Shown: positions 20,730-30,121, counted from the first letter of the stretch. The stretch is 64,000 bases of DNA from an uncultured Fibrobacterota bacterium (GCA_963753345.1 CAVWBU010000047.1:128001-192000), one strand, 5' to 3'. The notes: generated by a model from the sequence alone, not told the origin. Translations and numbers: made by a program.

Positions 20730-21845
20730 TCATGATTGCTCCCCTTTTCCTCCCCCACCATGAACCACGTTGGCAATCCCTCCGCGAGGCGAAACTATGG
20801 CCCCGGCCGGGCTAGGCGCCGCGCTGTGGCTTGCCTTCGGCTGTTGACGATTCGGCGCGGCGGCGGTAATGCTTCCGTGCGGTGCGCGCGGCAATGCCAT
20901 TTCAGGCCCGGGCGGCAACGGCGGCACGGGAGCTATCATTCTGCCGTGGGGTGCGCGCGGCAATGCCATTCCAGGGCCGGGTGGAAACGGCGGCACAGGA
21001 GCTATCATGCTGCCATGAGGAGCGCGTGGCAACGGCATCCCAGGGCCGGGCAGCAAGAAAAACGGTCCCGGCCGTCCGTGCGGCCCAAGAGGCAGCGGAG
21101 GACCTGGGGGCAAAAACACCGGCCCGGAAACAATCGACACAACAACAATGGGGGCATCCACCGGCATTTCTTCCGGATTGATCTTGAACCTTGTTTCATA
21201 CTCATTATAGTACCGCGGCCCCAGCAGGGGCTGCATCTTCTTGAACTGCCCGCAATTCATCGGCGCAGCCGCATCCGGTCCTGCGTTAGAGGCGACCGTG
21301 GTATAGCAGCCGGGCGTAACGAGAACCTGCGGTGCCGCGGGCACGAAGGGATTGAACACGCGCACGCGTCCGTCAAGGACGCGGACGTTGGTGACATATG
21401 GCTGCGGCGAAAACGCAACGATAAAATTCGTCCCCTCCGCATGGGCGACCGCCGTCGGCGTCCATACCTCGTAGCCCGAGCCGCGCTGTTCGATATCTTT
21501 TACATCAGAAAGAACCTCGCCGCCGATGTTGAGTACCGCGATGTGCCGTTTGTTCTGCCCGTCAATTGTGTCGCTGATCGTAATGCACGTGTTTTCTCCC
21601 AGTTTTATGGTGCTGTTGCCGAACGTAATCACCGCCTCCGCATCTTTCGACGTTCGTATGCTGTCTCCGGGGTGCACCGATGCGCCGTTCTGCGCCAAAA
21701 CCCACGATCCGCTTGCCGATTCAAACACCCGGGCCGTTCCCGTCACATAGGCAAGGTTTCCAAAAATTCGATGGTTCCCCTGGCCGCCGCATCCCGCCAG
21801 GAGGGCCAGCAATGCAGAGAAAACGCATAGCGCGAGGTGCTTCAT
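20730..21845 (-). CDS. FecR-domain lipoprotein with proline-rich repeat tail
   Basis: Lipobox LAGC; GDSIRTSKD, IKLGENT, TPTAVAHAEGTNF, VLDGRV. Confidence 0.8.
   Translation of the reverse strand: MKHLALCVFSALLALLAGCGGQGNHRIFGNLAYVTGTARVFESASGSWVLAQNGASVHPGDSIRTSKDAEAVITFGNSTIKLGENTCITISDTIDGQNKRHIAVLNIGGEVLSDVKDIEQRGSGYEVWTPTAVAHAEGTNFIVAFSPQPYVTNVRVLDGRVRVFNPFVPAAPQVLVTPGCYTTVASNAGPDAAAPMNCGQFKKMQPLLGPRYYNEYETRFKINPEEMPVDAPIVVVSIVSGPVFLPPGPPLPLGPHGRPGPFFLLPGPGMPLPRAPHGSMIAPVPPFPPGPGMALPRAPHGRMIAPVPPLPPGPEMALPRAPHGSITAAAPNRQQPKASHSAAPSPAGAIVSPRGGIANVVHGGGGKGEQS
20871..21056 (-). repeat. 69-bp coding tandem repeat (~2.7 copies)
   Basis: Units begin at 20871, 20940, 21009; encode (L/F)PPGPGMALPRAPHGSMIAPVPP-like units. 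Confidence 0.9.
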
Positions 21846-22209
21846 GGGGACAAACCTCCCTTTGCTGAAAAAATGTTTTCATTGTCTGCGGGGCGTTTGA
21901 CATTTGCAAAATCTCCTGTGCAAAACACCCCGCACCCTGATCTTGTCTCTCGGATAATTGTTGTGACCCCCGTCAATCTCTAAAAAGGGAAAACCCTCAA
22001 AGGCGTTTGCTTCGACTCGTACGCCACGGTGGTATTGCAGAAGGTTTCTGTAAGGAATATATCATTTTCAAGAACCAATAGCCACTCTTCGGAACGCTGG
22101 TCTTGCGATTTTCCCCGCCGCTACCGTCTTCAATGCGTACCCATCTGAATCCAATGGATTGATTTCACAGAAATCCGTGCAGCCGCCATATATTTTTCAA
22201 ATACCACTC

Positions 22210-22968
22210 ATGCTGCACCATCCCTGTTCCCGAGCGTTCTGGTTTCTTTTCATAATTACCCTGTCTAGTTGCGGTAAGGATCGCGCAATTGCCCGAACCA
22301 CTCCCCTCGTCGTTCGCACCATCCCCCACGACACGGCGGCGTTTACGCAGGGATTGTTCTATTGCAAAGGCCTCCTGTACGAAAGTACGGGCCTGTACGG
22401 CCGATCGAGCCTGCGGGTGCTGGACCCGAACAACGGCCGCATCGTCAGGAACATTCCCGTGCCCGATATTTTCGCCGAGGGGTGCGCCAGAATGGATTCC
22501 TCGCTTGTGCAGCTTTCCTGGCGAGAGGGCGGCGCGGCGATATATTCGTTTCCGTCGCTGTCGCTGCGGGGATCGTTTTCCTACGCGGGAGAGGGCTGGG
22601 GCCTTACGTCCGACTCCGTGTCGTTTTACATGAGCAACGGAAGCGACACTCTTTACCTGCGGGACAAGCGTTTCGGCGTGAAGAAAAAATTGGCCGTAAC
22701 GCTGGGCGGTGCGCCCCTGACGTCGCTCAACGAGCTTGAATATGTCAAGGGGCTCATTTACGCGAACGTGTGGTTCAACAACAACATCTACGTTATCCGT
22801 CCGTCAAGCGGCGCCGTGGTGCGGATTGTCGACTGCACAACGCTTGTTTCGCAGAACGCGTCCCCAAGCGATCAGGATGTGCTCAACGGCATCGCCTACA
22901 ACAACGACACCGGAACGTTTTATGTGACCGGAAAGCGCTGGCGGTATATCTTTGAAGTGCGGATGTAA
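22210..22968 (+). CDS. Glutaminyl-peptide cyclotransferase (plant-type QC), lipoprotein
   Basis: FTQGL, ESTGLYG, FAEG, EGWGLT, NELE, VLNGIA, TGK motifs; lipobox LSSC. Confidence 0.93.
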   Translation: MLHHPCSRAFWFLFIITLSSCGKDRAIARTTPLVVRTIPHDTAAFTQGLFYCKGLLYESTGLYGRSSLRVLDPNNGRIVRNIPVPDIFAEGCARMDSSLVQLSWREGGAAIYSFPSLSLRGSFSYAGEGWGLTSDSVSFYMSNGSDTLYLRDKRFGVKKKLAVTLGGAPLTSLNELEYVKGLIYANVWFNNNIYVIRPSSGAVVRIVDCTTLVSQNASPSDQDVLNGIAYNNDTGTFYVTGKRWRYIFEVRM

Positions 22969-23159
22969 CAAGGATTGTTATTTATTCTTTCTGATTTGCC
23001 TTTCGCATGAGTGCAACGCCTCGGGATTTTGATTCTTTCTTGTTGATTCTATTTCAGACAAGAAGCCCGTTTGCAAGGGGCAAATAGCAAGAGCGGCGCA
23101 ATACTTTTACCCGCGCGTTAGGTGGACCGGAGGGTGAGCTAGAGCGAATTGCCGGCCGA

Positions 23160-23199
23160 CCCCGAGTAGGGCCGCACGGCCATGCGGTTCTACTCGGGG
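23160..23199. repeat. Long GC-rich hairpin (REP-like or terminator) between convergent genes
   Basis: CCCCGAGTAG-GGCCGCA..TGCGGTT-CTACTCGGGG. Confidence 0.6.
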
Positions 23200-23223
23200 G
23201 AACGCCCAACTCTTAATTGTTTT

Positions 23224-23979
23224 TTATTTGCTATTTATCAACGCCGCCGCATACCCCGCCCCGAACCCGTTGTCGATGTTCACCACGGTGAGCCCCGACG
23301 CGCACGAATTGAGCATGGCAAAAAGCGGCACCAGGCCGCCCAGGTGAGACCCGTAGCCCACGCTCGTGGGAACCGCGATAACCGGGCAGGCAACGAGCCC
23401 CGCCACCACCGACGGCAGCGCGCCTTCCATGCCCGCCACCACGATGATTACCGACGCGTCAAGCAACTCGGTCTTATGCGCCAGCAGCCGGTGAATACCG
23501 GCAACGCCCACGTCGTTAAGCACCCTGCACGGATGGCCCAGCACCTCCACCGTGCATTTTGCCTCCTCCACCACGGGAATGTCCGCAGTGCCCGCAGAGG
23601 AAATGAGGACCGTTCCCTTCACATTGTCCTTTTTTTTCCAGTGCTTTGCTTTCTTCCAGAAGCACCGTCCCGGTCTGTTTGTTTCGACCGACGGCAGTTT
23701 CTTTTCGACAAGATCAAGCGTTTCGTTGGAGGCGCGCGTGCCGAACACGGTTTCCTCATGCGCCGCCATGGCTTTCGCAATGTCAACGACCTGCTGCGGC
23801 GTTTTGTTCTGGCAGAAAATCACCTCGGCATACCCCTTGCGCAGCGCGCGGTGATGATCGACCTGGGCGAACCCCATGTCCTCGAAGGGCAGCCCGGAAA
23901 GCTTCTTCATAGCCTCTTCAATGGACATCGACCTTTGGGAAACTGATTTCAGAATGTCACGCAACGGATCGTGTTCCAT
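23224..23979 (-). CDS. larB: Nickel pincer cofactor biosynthesis protein LarB
   Basis: DHHRALRKG, AGTADIPV, DVGVAGIHRL, AGMEGALPSVV, PTSVGYG, VVNIDNGFGA. Confidence 0.93.
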   Translation of the reverse strand: MEHDPLRDILKSVSQRSMSIEEAMKKLSGLPFEDMGFAQVDHHRALRKGYAEVIFCQNKTPQQVVDIAKAMAAHEETVFGTRASNETLDLVEKKLPSVETNRPGRCFWKKAKHWKKKDNVKGTVLISSAGTADIPVVEEAKCTVEVLGHPCRVLNDVGVAGIHRLLAHKTELLDASVIIVVAGMEGALPSVVAGLVACPVIAVPTSVGYGSHLGGLVPLFAMLNSCASGLTVVNIDNGFGAGYAAALINSK

Positions 23980-24038
23980 GCGGGTCCTTTCGTTGCCGTT
24001 CTCTTCGGACGGCTTTTCTTTTCGAAATATAACTGATG

Positions 24039-25007
24039 TTACTTTCCTATCGGCAGCCGCAGGAGCGCCTGTTCGATTTCAAGCGACGTTTTCGCAGCGA
24101 AGATTGCAGTCCTCACCATGGAGGACTGCGGCAGCCCCCGAATGTACCACGACGCATGCTTCTTCATCTCGGCAGCGGCTCTTCTCTCTCCGCACATTTC
24201 GCGGCAGCGGCGAAGGTGTGCACAGGCCGCTTGCACACGCTCGGACGCGTCGGGAACGCGCGCGGGCTTGCCGTCAAAAACGTCTTTGATGCGGGAAAAA
24301 ATCCAGGGGTTTCCCAGCGCTCCCCTGCCGATCATGACCGAATCGCAGCCGGTGTCGCCGAACATGCGCCCGGCGTCGGCCTCCGAATGGATGTCGCCGT
24401 TGCCGACCACGGGAATGCTCACCGCCTTTTTGACAAGGGCTATTCTTTCCCAGTGCGAATGCCCGGAAAACCCCATGGTCTTCGATCGGGGATGCAGGAC
24501 AATCGCGGAAGCACCGCAGTCTTCGGCCGCGCGCGCGAATTCGACATCCACCCAGGCGTTCTCGGCCCAGCCCGAGCGCATCTTTACGGTCACGGGGACC
24601 GACGCTGCCTTGACAAGCGCGGTTACCAGAAGCGAAAAAAGACTCACGTCCTTAAGCAGCGATGCTCCCCCGTTCTTTTTCACCACTTTTGCAACGGGAC
24701 AGCCCGCGTTAAGGTCGATAAAATCCGGAGCCGCCGCTTTCTGAACGTGCTCGGCGGCCTCGGCAAGGCGGTCTGCGCGCGCACCGAACAGCTGTATGCC
24801 TATGGGCCGCTCCGATCCGTCAAAATGAAGCAGCGAGCCGGTTGCGCCAGAGTTGTAATGCAGCCCTTCCGCGCTCATCATTTCCGATACAACAACGTCC
24901 GCGCCGTGTTCCCTGCAGATGCGGCGGAATGTGCTGTCCGATACCCCGGCCATGGGGGCGAGGAAAAGCTTTTTTCCGGCAAAATCCATTTCTTGAAAAT
25001 ACTCCAT
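24039..25007 (-). CDS. dusB: tRNA dihydrouridine synthase DusB
   Basis: LAPMAGVSD, IDLNAGCP, VKMRSGW, NGDI, MIGRGALGNPW. Confidence 0.93.
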   Translation of the reverse strand: MEYFQEMDFAGKKLFLAPMAGVSDSTFRRICREHGADVVVSEMMSAEGLHYNSGATGSLLHFDGSERPIGIQLFGARADRLAEAAEHVQKAAAPDFIDLNAGCPVAKVVKKNGGASLLKDVSLFSLLVTALVKAASVPVTVKMRSGWAENAWVDVEFARAAEDCGASAIVLHPRSKTMGFSGHSHWERIALVKKAVSIPVVGNGDIHSEADAGRMFGDTGCDSVMIGRGALGNPWIFSRIKDVFDGKPARVPDASERVQAACAHLRRCREMCGERRAAAEMKKHASWYIRGLPQSSMVRTAIFAAKTSLEIEQALLRLPIGK

Positions 25008-25154
25008 AGCCCATTCGCTGTTCCATCTCCACCGTTGTGCTGGCCAGCGGACTGCTGCAGCAGATGCATTGTGCATTTGCGTCCCAGGCTTTCCAATATT
25101 GAATTATTTTATTTATTCTTTACCTTATCATCACTGCGCTGGATTCGGCGATAT

Positions 25155-26081
25155 ATGAAACTTCTTCACGATGTCACGTTTTCGTCCCCTCCGCTACTGC
25201 TCGCGGCATGGCCGGGAATGGGCAACGTGGGTCTCATTGCCATGGACTACCTTCGACGGCGGTTGAATGCGAAGCTGTTCGCCGAAATAGACATGAGCCC
25301 GTTCTTTATTCCCGATTCCATTATCGTCAAGGACGGCATCGCCCAACTGCCGGAAATTCCTTCAAGCGTGTTCCACTATGCCACTAACCCCGACGTCATC
25401 ATCTTTGAGAGCAACGCGCAAATCGGCGGCAAGGACGGCATCACCATCATCAAGACGATTCTTGATATTGCCCGGCAGCACAAAGTCTCTCGCATCTTCA
25501 CCGCGGCGGCGCTTGCGCAGCCCATGAGCTTCCAGGCGACCAGCGACGTGCTTGTCGCCTGCTCCGGCACCCCGCACCTCGACTCCATCAAGCACTTCGG
25601 CGTGGTTCCCATGCCCGACGGCTACATCGCCGGCCTTAACGGTCTCCTGCTCGGCGTCGCGGCTTCGCGGGGCATCGACGCGGCCTGCCTCCTTGCCACC
25701 ATGCCGTCTTATGCCGCGAACATGCCCTACCCCAAGGCCTCGCTCGAGGTTGTCAAGGTCTTCGGCAAAATACTGTCCCTCGATCTCGACCTCGCCGAAT
25801 TGCTTTCGAGCGTCACGGATATGAACCAGCAGCTCGCCGCGATCGAGGAGCGTATCAGGCAGCTTTTTCCGGCCGAAAAAGAACAGGACGAGGAAATGTC
25901 GCAGATCGACGACGAGAAAGTACCGCATTACATTATGGAGAAGATCGAGAAACTTTTCAAAAAGGCGGAACTGGACCGCACGTCAGCACAGGAGCTCAAG
26001 AAGGAACTTGACAAATGGAATCTTTTCGAACTGTATGAAGACCGCTTTCTGGACCTCTTCGAAGACGACGCCGGCAAGTAA
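25155..26081 (+). CDS. PAC2 (proteasome assembly chaperone) family protein
   Basis: AAWPGMGNVG, IAGLNGLLLG, YPKAS motifs; real start inside the 681-aa ORF call. Confidence 0.8.
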   Translation: MKLLHDVTFSSPPLLLAAWPGMGNVGLIAMDYLRRRLNAKLFAEIDMSPFFIPDSIIVKDGIAQLPEIPSSVFHYATNPDVIIFESNAQIGGKDGITIIKTILDIARQHKVSRIFTAAALAQPMSFQATSDVLVACSGTPHLDSIKHFGVVPMPDGYIAGLNGLLLGVAASRGIDAACLLATMPSYAANMPYPKASLEVVKVFGKILSLDLDLAELLSSVTDMNQQLAAIEERIRQLFPAEKEQDEEMSQIDDEKVPHYIMEKIEKLFKKAELDRTSAQELKKELDKWNLFELYEDRFLDLFEDDAGK

Positions 26082-26102
26082 AAACGGCTCTCGCCCTCCT
26101 CC

Positions 26103-27239
26103 CTATGCCGATTTCAACAGATGTTCGATGACAATGTCCTGCTGCTGTTCGTCAAGGTAAGGATGCATCGGTAGGCTTAAAATCCTCCTACATACTTTTT
26201 CGGCAACCGGAAACTGGCCCGGCAAGTATTTGAGAGCCGCGAATGCCTTCTGCAGATGAAGCGGCTGGGGATAATATATTGCCGTCGGGATACCCTGTTC
26301 TTTCATGTGCGCTATTACCTGTTCGCGGTGGTCTGTTTGGATCGAATATTGCGCCCAAGCCGAGCGCATCCCTGCGGGAACCCGGGGGACGACCACGTTG
26401 CTCTGCAGTGCCGCTGAATATCGCGCCGCAACTGCCTGCCTGCGCGCCATCTCTTCCTCGAATATTTCCATTTTCGCAAGTACCACCGCGGCTTGAATCG
26501 TGTCCATGCGCCCGTTGATGCCTATCCTCACATTTTCGTACTTGTCGCTCCCCTGTCCGTGGATCCGCAACGACCGCAGAACCTCCAGCATCTGCCCGTC
26601 CCCACAAAACACCGCCCCGCCGTCGCCGTAACACCCAAGGGGTTTTGCGGGAAAAAAACTTGTTGCTGCCATGGTGCCGAAGCTGCACGACATCTTTCCG
26701 TCGGCCTTCGCACCGAAGCTCTGGGCCGCGTCCTCAAGGACAAAAAGGCCGAATTCCTTTGCAATTGAGTCGATTGCCGCGTAGTCGGCACACAGACCGA
26801 ACAGATCAACGGGAATGATCCCTTTGGGCCTTAGGTTCTTTGGAACGCCAGCGGCAACGCCCTCGCCTTTTGCCACGGCTGCAACCGCCTTGCGCAGCTG
26901 TTGCGGATCGATGTTATATGTTTCCTTGTCAATGTCCACAAACACCGGTGTAGCCCCGAGGAGGGCTATGACCTCGGCGGTGGCGATAAAGGTGAACGTG
27001 GTCGTGAAGACTGCGTCTCCGGGCCCGATGCCCAGTGCCATGAGAGGCAGAAGAAGCGCGTCGGTGCCGCTTGAGCAGGCAAGGCAATACTTGGTTCCCG
27101 CGTACGCGGCAAGCGATTCCTCGAGTTCGGCTATTTCCTTTCCCATAACAAAGCCGGCCTTCTCGAAAATGGCATCAAGCCTTTTTTGCAAAGACGGCTG
27201 GATGAGCTTGTACTGTTTTTTCAGATCAATGAAGTCCAT
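26103..27239 (-). CDS. DegT/DnrJ/EryC1/StrS aminotransferase (WbpE-like)
   Basis: SSGTDAL, EDAAQSFG, SFFPAKPLGCYGDGG, LSLPMHPYL. Confidence 0.93.
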   Translation of the reverse strand: MDFIDLKKQYKLIQPSLQKRLDAIFEKAGFVMGKEIAELEESLAAYAGTKYCLACSSGTDALLLPLMALGIGPGDAVFTTTFTFIATAEVIALLGATPVFVDIDKETYNIDPQQLRKAVAAVAKGEGVAAGVPKNLRPKGIIPVDLFGLCADYAAIDSIAKEFGLFVLEDAAQSFGAKADGKMSCSFGTMAATSFFPAKPLGCYGDGGAVFCGDGQMLEVLRSLRIHGQGSDKYENVRIGINGRMDTIQAAVVLAKMEIFEEEMARRQAVAARYSAALQSNVVVPRVPAGMRSAWAQYSIQTDHREQVIAHMKEQGIPTAIYYPQPLHLQKAFAALKYLPGQFPVAEKVCRRILSLPMHPYLDEQQQDIVIEHLLKSA

Positions 27240-27359
27240 TTTTTTCCATTTCTTGATTCAGTCTCGGCGGACGCACCATGGCGCTTGCTGCGCGACGATA
27301 ATGGTGCGATTTTTATCCCTGGGAACCGCGCAGCTTCAGGCGCTTCGGTGTGCACCGTT

Positions 27360-28499
27360 TCATGCGTCTTCGAGGATCCTCAGCGGCATGATGAGGAAAA
27401 GATCTTCGCTTTTCGCTTCCCCTTCTTTTTCATAGGAAGGAAACAGCAGGCAGGCGCTGATGTGCGTGTTCATTTCGATTCTCACCTTAGGAACCGAAAT
27501 GATGCCGAGAATTTCCATGAGGTACTGTGCGTTGAAGCCCACCGCATGCTCTGCGCCATCGTACTCTGCAGGAACGCTTTCGCGGGCCTCGCCCCCGATG
27601 TCTCTGTTGAGCACGATCACTTCAACCTTGCCGTTTTTGAAAAGCAGCTTTACAAGGTGAGTTTTCTGGTTTGATAATATGGAAACTCTCTTCACCGCAT
27701 CGAAGAGGGCTTGTTTTCCGATAATTGCTTTCTTGGGATTGACTTTGGGAATGGCCTTGTCGTAGTCTGGGTACGGTCCCTCAATCAGCTTTGAGCATAT
27801 TTTTACGTCGCGGGATCCAAAAAGGACATATTTATCCCCAAGGGTAATCTCAACAAGATCTTCAGGTTTTCCTCCCTCGGTTATTCTTGCAAAATGAAGA
27901 AGGCTCTTCGGAGAAACGATCATTGATAGGTGCTTTTCAAGAGAATCGTCTCGTTTCCAGAATGAACTCCCGAGCCTATGGCCATCGGTGGCAACCATTC
28001 CGGTTCTGCTCCTGTCGATTTTCCACAACACTCCGCAGAGGCAGGTCCTCGACTCATCCCGCGAAACCGCGAAACTGCTCTTGAGAATCATGTCTTTTAA
28101 ACAGCCAATCGCTACTGAAAACGAAGTTCCGTCCTTTATCTCAGGGAACGCAGGAAAATCCTCCGTGCCTATTCCCGCTATCCTGCACGAGAACCCCTTT
28201 TTCGTATCAATAACCAGGACATTCACATCAATGCTGAAATGAATATCACCATCCGGAAGTTCCCTTACAATTTCAAATAGTTTTCTCGCATTAAGAGTGA
28301 TCTCGGCTTCTCCGTCGGATTCCGCCTGCGCCGATACCTCAATGGAATGATCAAGGTCGGTTGCCGCCAGAATGACCGCTTTGCTTCTAAACGAAACTTT
28401 GAAGTTCGACAGTATCTGCAGTGAGGTCTTTAGCGGTATTAACGGATACGCCTTCTGGATCAGCTCGTATATTTTGCTCTTTGCAATGATGCATTCCAT
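27360..28499 (-). CDS. dnaN: DNA polymerase III beta sliding clamp
   Basis: ATDLD, VATDGHRL, LIEGPYPDY, GFNAQYL, LIMPLRI. Confidence 0.97.
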   Translation of the reverse strand: MECIIAKSKIYELIQKAYPLIPLKTSLQILSNFKVSFRSKAVILAATDLDHSIEVSAQAESDGEAEITLNARKLFEIVRELPDGDIHFSIDVNVLVIDTKKGFSCRIAGIGTEDFPAFPEIKDGTSFSVAIGCLKDMILKSSFAVSRDESRTCLCGVLWKIDRSRTGMVATDGHRLGSSFWKRDDSLEKHLSMIVSPKSLLHFARITEGGKPEDLVEITLGDKYVLFGSRDVKICSKLIEGPYPDYDKAIPKVNPKKAIIGKQALFDAVKRVSILSNQKTHLVKLLFKNGKVEVIVLNRDIGGEARESVPAEYDGAEHAVGFNAQYLMEILGIISVPKVRIEMNTHISACLLFPSYEKEGEAKSEDLFLIMPLRILEDA

Positions 28500-28774
28500 G
28501 GGCGGGTTGACCTTTCATGTTTAAAGAGAATGGGGCTCGAAAAACAGAGTAAATCTTTCTATTTCAAAATATATATAAAAGAACAGATATAGAAATAGAT
28601 TTGTTGATACCGGATGAAATCGGTGTAATGTGATGATTAGAAAAGAAGTGTTGTGTTGATAGTATGTGAAAAACAAAGGGAGTATTGTTGATGGATGATG
28701 AATAAGAGAAGAAAATTTTTACCGCTAACATGTTATCAACGGTCAATATGTTTGCATCGGTATCGTTTGCTGCT
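28500..28774. other. Candidate oriC (dnaA-dnaN intergenic)
   Basis: AT-rich stretch 28555-28600; DnaA-box-like 9-mers at 28602, 28654, 28665, 28686, 28733. Confidence 0.65.
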
Positions 28775-30121
28775 TCAGACGTGGTTTTCACCGGAAAGAG
28801 AGCTTACTATGGAATCGATATCCGAACACACGGATTTGTCCTTTTTTCTGAGACACTCGATATGATTAATAGCATGAATGACCGTGCTGTGATCTCTCCC
28901 GCCGAAGTGCAGCCCTATTGACTTTAGAGAATAGTTGGTGTATCCTTTTGCGATATACATTGCAAGCTGTCTGCAGAAGGCGACTTCCTTGCGACGGTTC
29001 TTTTCACGGATATTGTTAAGGGGAACCCTGTAGTACTGCGCGACCGTTTCGATGATCCTGTCGATTGAAAATCGGGATTTTTCGCGTTTTTGCGATCCCT
29101 GCAGAATGTTTTTCACGAAATCCAGAGTGATATCCCGCTTTGTAATTGATGAATATGCAAGAAGACGGATTACCACGCCCTCAAGTTCGCGGATATTCGA
29201 GGACACGCTTTCCGCAATGTGGAGAAGGATGTCTTCGGGAATGTTTAAATTGTCCTGCTCCGCTTTTCTCTTGAGAATGGCGACTCGCGTTTCGAGATTC
29301 GGTGGTTGGATATCCACGGACAGGCCCCACTGGAACCGAGAAACAAGGCGGTCTTGCAGGCCGTTAAGTGATCCTGGCGGAAGGTCCGACGTGATCACAA
29401 TCTGGCGCTGGTTTTGATAAAGCGTGTTGAAGATATAAAAGAATTCCTCCTGGGTGCTTTCCTTCCCGGAGAGAAACTGGATATCGTCGATAAGAAGGAT
29501 GTCGGAAGATTTGAATGTCTCAGAGAATTTCCTTGAATTGTTGTTCTTTATGGCATCAATAAAATTGAAGTAGAATTCTTCAGATGAAGAGCAAGAAATT
29601 CGAAGTCCCTTCCGCTGTAACTGCACGAAAAGACCTATGGCGTGAAGCAGATGGGTTTTTCCAAGGCCGACGCCTCCATAAATCAACAGCGGGTTAAACT
29701 TGGTCTTTCCCGGAGCCTTTGCAACTGCGAATGCGGCGCTTTTTGCAAATTCATTACCCGGTCCCACGACAAAGGAATCAAAGGTAAAATTCGGATTAAA
29801 AACAGGAGAAGATTTGCGCTCCAGCGTGCCTGATTGAACCACGGGTGCCTGCGAGGTTTGGGGAAAAGCGGGGGCGCCTTGTCCAACCGCAAACACAATA
29901 TCGCACAGCGCAGGGGAACGAGTTGCTGCGACTGAGAGCATCCTCGTTTTATAGTGTTGTTCCAGGAAATCCGCTACGAACTGACTCGGTGCAGAAATTA
30001 CAAGAATCTTGCTGTCCCGAATCTCTATCGGCAGCAAAGGACGAAACCAGGTTTCAAAGGTCGCGGCATCGACAGTGAGCGAGAGGTCGGTGAGAATGTC
30101 CCGCCATAAAGTGGGTAGCAT
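28775..30121 (-). CDS. dnaA: Chromosomal replication initiator DnaA
   Basis: NPLLIYGGVGLGKTHL, LLIDDIQF, RLVSRF, NIRELEG, GGRDHSTVIHA; start uncertain. Confidence 0.98.
   Translation of the reverse strand: MLPTLWRDILTDLSLTVDAATFETWFRPLLPIEIRDSKILVISAPSQFVADFLEQHYKTRMLSVAATRSPALCDIVFAVGQGAPAFPQTSQAPVVQSGTLERKSSPVFNPNFTFDSFVVGPGNEFAKSAAFAVAKAPGKTKFNPLLIYGGVGLGKTHLLHAIGLFVQLQRKGLRISCSSSEEFYFNFIDAIKNNNSRKFSETFKSSDILLIDDIQFLSGKESTQEEFFYIFNTLYQNQRQIVITSDLPPGSLNGLQDRLVSRFQWGLSVDIQPPNLETRVAILKRKAEQDNLNIPEDILLHIAESVSSNIRELEGVVIRLLAYSSITKRDITLDFVKNILQGSQKREKSRFSIDRIIETVAQYYRVPLNNIREKNRRKEVAFCRQLAMYIAKGYTNYSLKSIGLHFGGRDHSTVIHAINHIECLRKKDKSVCSDIDSIVSSLSGENHV

Noticed and set aside
21850-22200. Possible riboswitch upstream of the FecR-like gene
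   Set aside because: Short hairpins only; no recognisable aptamer core
8010-23000. Intact integrative element or prophage at tRNA-Asn
   Set aside because: No integrase or phage genes, and I found no duplicated tRNA 3' end
24036-25154. N-terminal 373 aa of the 681-aa ORF as a PAC2 fusion
   Set aside because: Antisense to dusB; the PAC2-like sequence starts at ATG 25155
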